Source: Gammaproteobacteria bacterium | Lineage (GTDB): Bacteria > Pseudomonadota > Gammaproteobacteria > M30B25 | Length of the DNA stretch: 64,000 nt | Reading direction: 5' to 3' | Assembly (NCBI GenBank): GCA_018402195.1 | Contig: JAGYIW010000001.1 | Span: 31,201 to 95,200 of the forward strand | Shown here: positions 60,191 through 64,000 of the stretch, piece after piece | Numbering within the stretch: the stretch's first letter is position 1 | Layout: every line of letters starts with the position of its first letter | Notes under the pieces: model-generated | Database searches by the model: none | What the model saw: only the letters and a program-made list of their open reading frames with translations | Told to the model about the DNA's origin: nothing | Program-made: the position numbers and the translations under genes

Positions 60191-60985
60191 TTAGCGCCTA
60201 GGTGCAAGCGTAGAAGCAAATCTATCCAGGGTTTGTTGCACAAGGTTATTCACAGTACTCTTGTTTTTTTGATTGCCAACCATCGTGTCTGCGTAAGGGG
60301 AAATGTATAAGACTTTTGGCGATCGTAATGCTGCGAATAAAGCTCGAGTCTGCCAGAGAGGTCCGTAACTATTATGGGTTTTTTGTAGAAATAATGTGGG
60401 AGCTTTTACTTGGGTAATCCACCTTGTGGCATCGAAAAAATCCCAGGGAAGAACACGCCATTGAGTGATGGTACGATTGCTGGACAAAAAGGGTGCAATA
60501 GCAATGAGTCCTGCAACATCGTGCTTCGCCGCCAAACGTATTGCCACTGTACTGCCAATGCCGTTGCCATAGAGGATGATTTGCTTCTCAGGAATCCCCA
60601 ATGTTGTGGTTAAATAGGCAAAAGCATCTTCGCTGTCAGCATAAAAGTGTTGTTCGGTGGCGAAGCCAGAACTATGACCATAGCCCTGATAGTCGTAAGC
60701 TAGAATATTATAGCCCATGTCATGGAGTTCGCGGATGTAATAATCGTCATAACCAATGTCAGTGGCATGGCCATGGTTGTAGAGTATGGTGGCTTTGGCA
60801 CTAGTTTGGGTTAGCCAAAGGGCTTGCAGAGGGCCGATTTGAATTATATGCGGGTCAGTTTTTTTGTACCAAGGTGGCTGAGGTGGATGAAATACCATGC
60901 GCGCGGTGGCGCAGTAGAGCAATAACCCTGTCAATAAGGCCGAACAAAGCTGACGTTTAGGAAAAGAGAGCATGCGCAAAATCAT
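60191..60985 (-). CDS. Secreted alpha/beta-hydrolase-fold protein, nucleophile elbow reads G-N-G-I-G (Ser replaced by Gly)
   Basis: Signal peptide. The HG/oxyanion region is YNHGHATDIG; then YDYQGYGHSSG; then LYGNGIGSTVA where GxSxG is expected. Confidence 0.65.
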   Translation of the reverse strand: MILRMLSFPKRQLCSALLTGLLLYCATARMVFHPPQPPWYKKTDPHIIQIGPLQALWLTQTSAKATILYNHGHATDIGYDDYYIRELHDMGYNILAYDYQGYGHSSGFATEQHFYADSEDAFAYLTTTLGIPEKQIILYGNGIGSTVAIRLAAKHDVAGLIAIAPFLSSNRTITQWRVLPWDFFDATRWITQVKAPTLFLQKTHNSYGPLWQTRALFAALRSPKVLYISPYADTMVGNQKNKSTVNNLVQQTLDRFASTLAPRR

Positions 60986-61303
60986 CTAAGGTAGTCATCA
61001 AGGTGTTTGGCGCATTCTAAGCATGCTCAGCTGGGCAATGCAAGTGGATTAAGTGCCATACGTATCAGTGCCTTTAGAAAGACATGGTGCAGGTGTTTGT
61101 TTGCTGATATCAACCGTTACCTGAAGTTGTTTGGTTGTGAACACTGCTTGAGGTGTTGACGCCACAGAAGCTGAAACCCTATGATCATTATTCATGGTTA
61201 ATGATTTGCTGCTATCGTTTTTGCTAAATGAGCTATCTTTGGTACCTGAAGGCTTAAACTTAATACTTGGGCTATCATTTTCGGTGATAATGATGTTGTA
61301 GGC

Positions 61304-63577
61304 TCAGCAAGATGGGCTTGATGTTTGATAGCCAGCCCTTTGTAATCTGTGGCTAACATTCACATAGCAGGTGCACAAGCCGATGAATGACATCAGAAAG
61401 CCAGGGATAAGGCCAAGGCTGGTAATGGCAGAAGAAAGGCCAGCACTGGCACCAGCAAACCAAGATTTTACCACTTCGGCAACCGCCGACATCCCCATCA
61501 AGGTATTAGGAAAAGCGTTAATCAAGATAGCGCCAAACTGCCATTTGTTGATTTTGTCTTCATTTTTTTGTTTAGCATAAGCTGTAGGTTGATCATCGAC
61601 CATGGCAGTGACTTCCATGTTTTCATCTTTAGCACCTATGGGCGCTTTGTCACCTTTTCCAGTAGCAAGTCGTTGCTGTCTGCGGATCAAGATATTGGCC
61701 AGGGGTGTGATTATCAGCAGCCAAACCGGTGAGGTGATATACAACAATGAACGGGCAAATCGATTAAAGGCTAGTTGGATCACAGAGTGTCTGTCTGCAA
61801 TCTTGCTCTCATAAGTTATTTTATCAACAATGCCCATGACAAGTTTTGTGTAAGCTTTGATGCCATAACCAAGCGCCAGTACAGGAAGCCAAATGGGTAC
61901 AGTTAGGGCAGTTACCAAAGTGGCCAAGCCAATAAGGGGGACCATGCTGGCTGAAGGCAATTTGGTGATGCCAATCCAATCAAATGCTTTGAACAAAGGC
62001 AGCATAACCTTTTCAGCAAATTTAGCAGAAGAGGTCGCCGCAAAGCCGGCCATGGCTAACGTATTGATACCCACACCCACAGTCCAGGCTGCTGCTGCGC
62101 TACCACCAAACAGCGCCATGCCAGTAGGACTAAAGGCAGCAGCGTAACCACCAAGAATACCACCGACATTAATAAGTGCGAAGATCAAGCCAAAAACAGT
62201 CCAGAAAATCACTTTGGCGGCCAGATTCTGGCGATTAGCATCCTGCTTATCTGAATCAGATAATTCAGCTGATGGCAATAAACCAGTATTGGTCTGAATT
62301 TTCTGCAGTGATGTACCTAGATTGTTCTTGATGGTTTTAATAAGCCCACCACGGATAAGTTCTGTGTAACTTTTCAAAAACAGCACGTTATAAACTGCAA
62401 ATAACACCACAGCACAGACGATAGCCAGTGGGAAGGCAGCGCTTGAGCTAAACGCCAAGGCAGCAAAGGCACCTTGAGGACTGAAGATAGACACAACTGC
62501 ATTGAAGGTAAAGATGGCAGCAATCGCACTGGCAGTTAAAACAAATACACTAGAAAGACCAGTCAAGAATTTTTGCCAAGCTGTGTATTCACGCACCTCA
62601 TGAGTGACAGTGCCATCCAGGTCTTTTTCGTTGTGCCAGTAGGTTTTTTTGCTTGAGAAAATAGGTGTATAAGCAAAGAAGTCCAGTAACGTTTCAGGCA
62701 CCATGTTTTGGAATAGCTTAAAGTTAACCCAAGCACCATCAGCTGCAATAAGGCCAGCTAAGACAATGGCTGCAATCCCTAGACCAAAGGTGCCTAAGAA
62801 TTGGAAAGCAAATGCCATCAGGGTCAGCAATACTGCAATAGAAACCCACACGGCCAAAAATTTACCCAAACGATGCCACAAGTAGGCACGACGAGGCTTG
62901 AATTTATCTAGTGCTTCTAATGTGGCGTTGTCTGCAATGTTTTTTTGGTATTTGTAGGCATAGGCTAAAGCATCGTAGATGCCTTCTTGCCCTTTAGATA
63001 CATTGATGGAAGCAGTTAATTTATTATCTTCAAAAGATGTGCTTTGTTTGATGTTCTGCAGCCCAAGGCCAGCTAGAATCATATTGGCTTCACGGTCGGT
63101 ACGAATATAGCGACCAAGGCGCATACGTACACCATTATCCACTTCAGTTTTGTGCTTAATTAAGTGAGTGATAAGTGAGTATAGAGCTGCAAGGCGGATT
63201 TGATGTGGTCCGCTGGTAATGGAATTTCCTGATGCTAGCAGATCGTCAGAAACGATATAAGAAGATTCGGCACTACCATTGTCCCTCAGAAGTGCTAAGC
63301 CGTCACTAGTATTTTGATTTTTATGCAAACTTATCATATAGCCCAGCAACTTTCTCAGGCTTTTAGTTAATTGTTTTTCAGTGTGTTTTTGGTGCCTGGC
63401 AGCAAATGCATCAACAGTTTCATTGTCATTTTTTGCAATGGAAGGCTCTAAATGACCGTCTAAGAAAGCCATGATAGCTTCTGCCTTGTTTTTGGGAACA
63501 ATCTTGTCTGTAGGTATTCTTTTCGCTGCATCTATTTCCACGAATGCATCGAATTCACTTTTTTCGGTGTTAGACAT
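61304..63577 (-). CDS. Large hypothetical polytopic membrane protein (effector-like)
   Basis: 757-aa ORF with a hydrophilic ~240-aa N-terminal region followed by many TM segments. No recognisable family. Confidence 0.65.
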   Translation of the reverse strand: MSNTEKSEFDAFVEIDAAKRIPTDKIVPKNKAEAIMAFLDGHLEPSIAKNDNETVDAFAARHQKHTEKQLTKSLRKLLGYMISLHKNQNTSDGLALLRDNGSAESSYIVSDDLLASGNSITSGPHQIRLAALYSLITHLIKHKTEVDNGVRMRLGRYIRTDREANMILAGLGLQNIKQSTSFEDNKLTASINVSKGQEGIYDALAYAYKYQKNIADNATLEALDKFKPRRAYLWHRLGKFLAVWVSIAVLLTLMAFAFQFLGTFGLGIAAIVLAGLIAADGAWVNFKLFQNMVPETLLDFFAYTPIFSSKKTYWHNEKDLDGTVTHEVREYTAWQKFLTGLSSVFVLTASAIAAIFTFNAVVSIFSPQGAFAALAFSSSAAFPLAIVCAVVLFAVYNVLFLKSYTELIRGGLIKTIKNNLGTSLQKIQTNTGLLPSAELSDSDKQDANRQNLAAKVIFWTVFGLIFALINVGGILGGYAAAFSPTGMALFGGSAAAAWTVGVGINTLAMAGFAATSSAKFAEKVMLPLFKAFDWIGITKLPSASMVPLIGLATLVTALTVPIWLPVLALGYGIKAYTKLVMGIVDKITYESKIADRHSVIQLAFNRFARSLLYITSPVWLLIITPLANILIRRQQRLATGKGDKAPIGAKDENMEVTAMVDDQPTAYAKQKNEDKINKWQFGAILINAFPNTLMGMSAVAEVVKSWFAGASAGLSSAITSLGLIPGFLMSFIGLCTCYVNVSHRLQRAGYQTSSPSC

Positions 63578-63889
63578 GCCTATTTCCTTAAAAAATATTT
63601 ATCTAATTCTAGTCACTATTAGTATTTTCTCAGGAATGTCTTAAGGAAAAATTAAGAAATTATCTCAAATACTTGTTTTTATTTGATTTTATAATTTAGT
63701 GACCAGTGTCTAGTCATGCTTGCGCCCAGAATTGGCGCTGTAAAAGTCGTTCTAGGGGTTGGGGAGTACAGTCCACATCATTCCCAGGAGATCGCGAAGG
63801 GGCAACCTGGGATCACTCACAGTTGATGACCACTGGTCATCTCGGTTGCATCCTCACCTTTTCAATCCCCTTCATATAACTTACAACAA

Positions 63890-64000
63890 TATGAATACAG
63901 CGCATTTCAAGCCAGTCAACTCTGAAGATAGGGATTTTCTGCCAGATTTCGCTTTTCCTTGTGGCAAAGAAACGACTGCTTTACAGCGAAACCAATTTGT
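63890..64000 (+). CDS. 5' end of an ORF running off the window (MNTAHFKPVNSEDRDFLPDFAFPCGKETTALQ...)
   Basis: ATG at 63890, open to the window end. Too short to classify. Confidence 0.2.

Noticed and set aside
1-64000. CRISPR arrays, tRNA and rRNA genes
   Set aside because: I found no regularly spaced short direct repeats, no T-loop (GTTCGAATC-type) cloverleaf candidates and no rRNA-like stretches by eye. A tRNAscan or Infernal pass is still warranted.

Overview
This 64-kb window is bacterial chromosome of moderate GC content, densely coding, with mostly gammaproteobacterial housekeeping genes. These are polA, trkHA, a MATE pump, pdxB, hemH, bioA / bioBFD, the thiO-S-G-DE-F operon, engB, ribB, pyk, fba, rsmE, pit-cdd-DUF47, a queuosine-precursor transporter, rdgB-prmC-prfA-hemA, rsmD, two M16 peptidases, ftsYEX, sbcB and trpS.

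Interleaved with these are eukaryotic-like, effector-type genes:
- two paralogous ankyrin-repeat proteins,
- a eukaryotic-like Ser/Thr kinase,
- a TARG1/Poa1p-like macro-domain protein,
- large hypothetical membrane proteins.
Together these suggest an intracellular, Legionellales-like lifestyle. This is an inference only.

The most unusual content is a 5.3-kb decay island inserted between the divergent bioA and bioBFD genes. It contains:
- a hypothetical TM protein,
- a family of MITE-like elements with ~45-bp terminal inverted repeats, with a further small copy at the window start,
- a frameshifted group-II-intron-type reverse-transcriptase relic,
- a dead antisense paralog of the Ser/Thr kinase at 55978-57705. 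This explains a 1.5-kb strand-biased pyrimidine-rich stretch with no ORFs.

Other notable features:
- a tandem pair of ~165-nt GGA-motif-rich sRNA candidates with their own promoters and terminators, resembling RsmY/RsmZ (CsrB-like);
- a duplicated two-gene module, each an ankyrin protein followed by a decayed GH13_18 sucrose-phosphorylase-like gene;
- an in-frame TAA inside the otherwise intact hemA;
- a macro-domain / small acidic protein / kinase cluster.

No rRNA, tRNA or CRISPR array was recognised.
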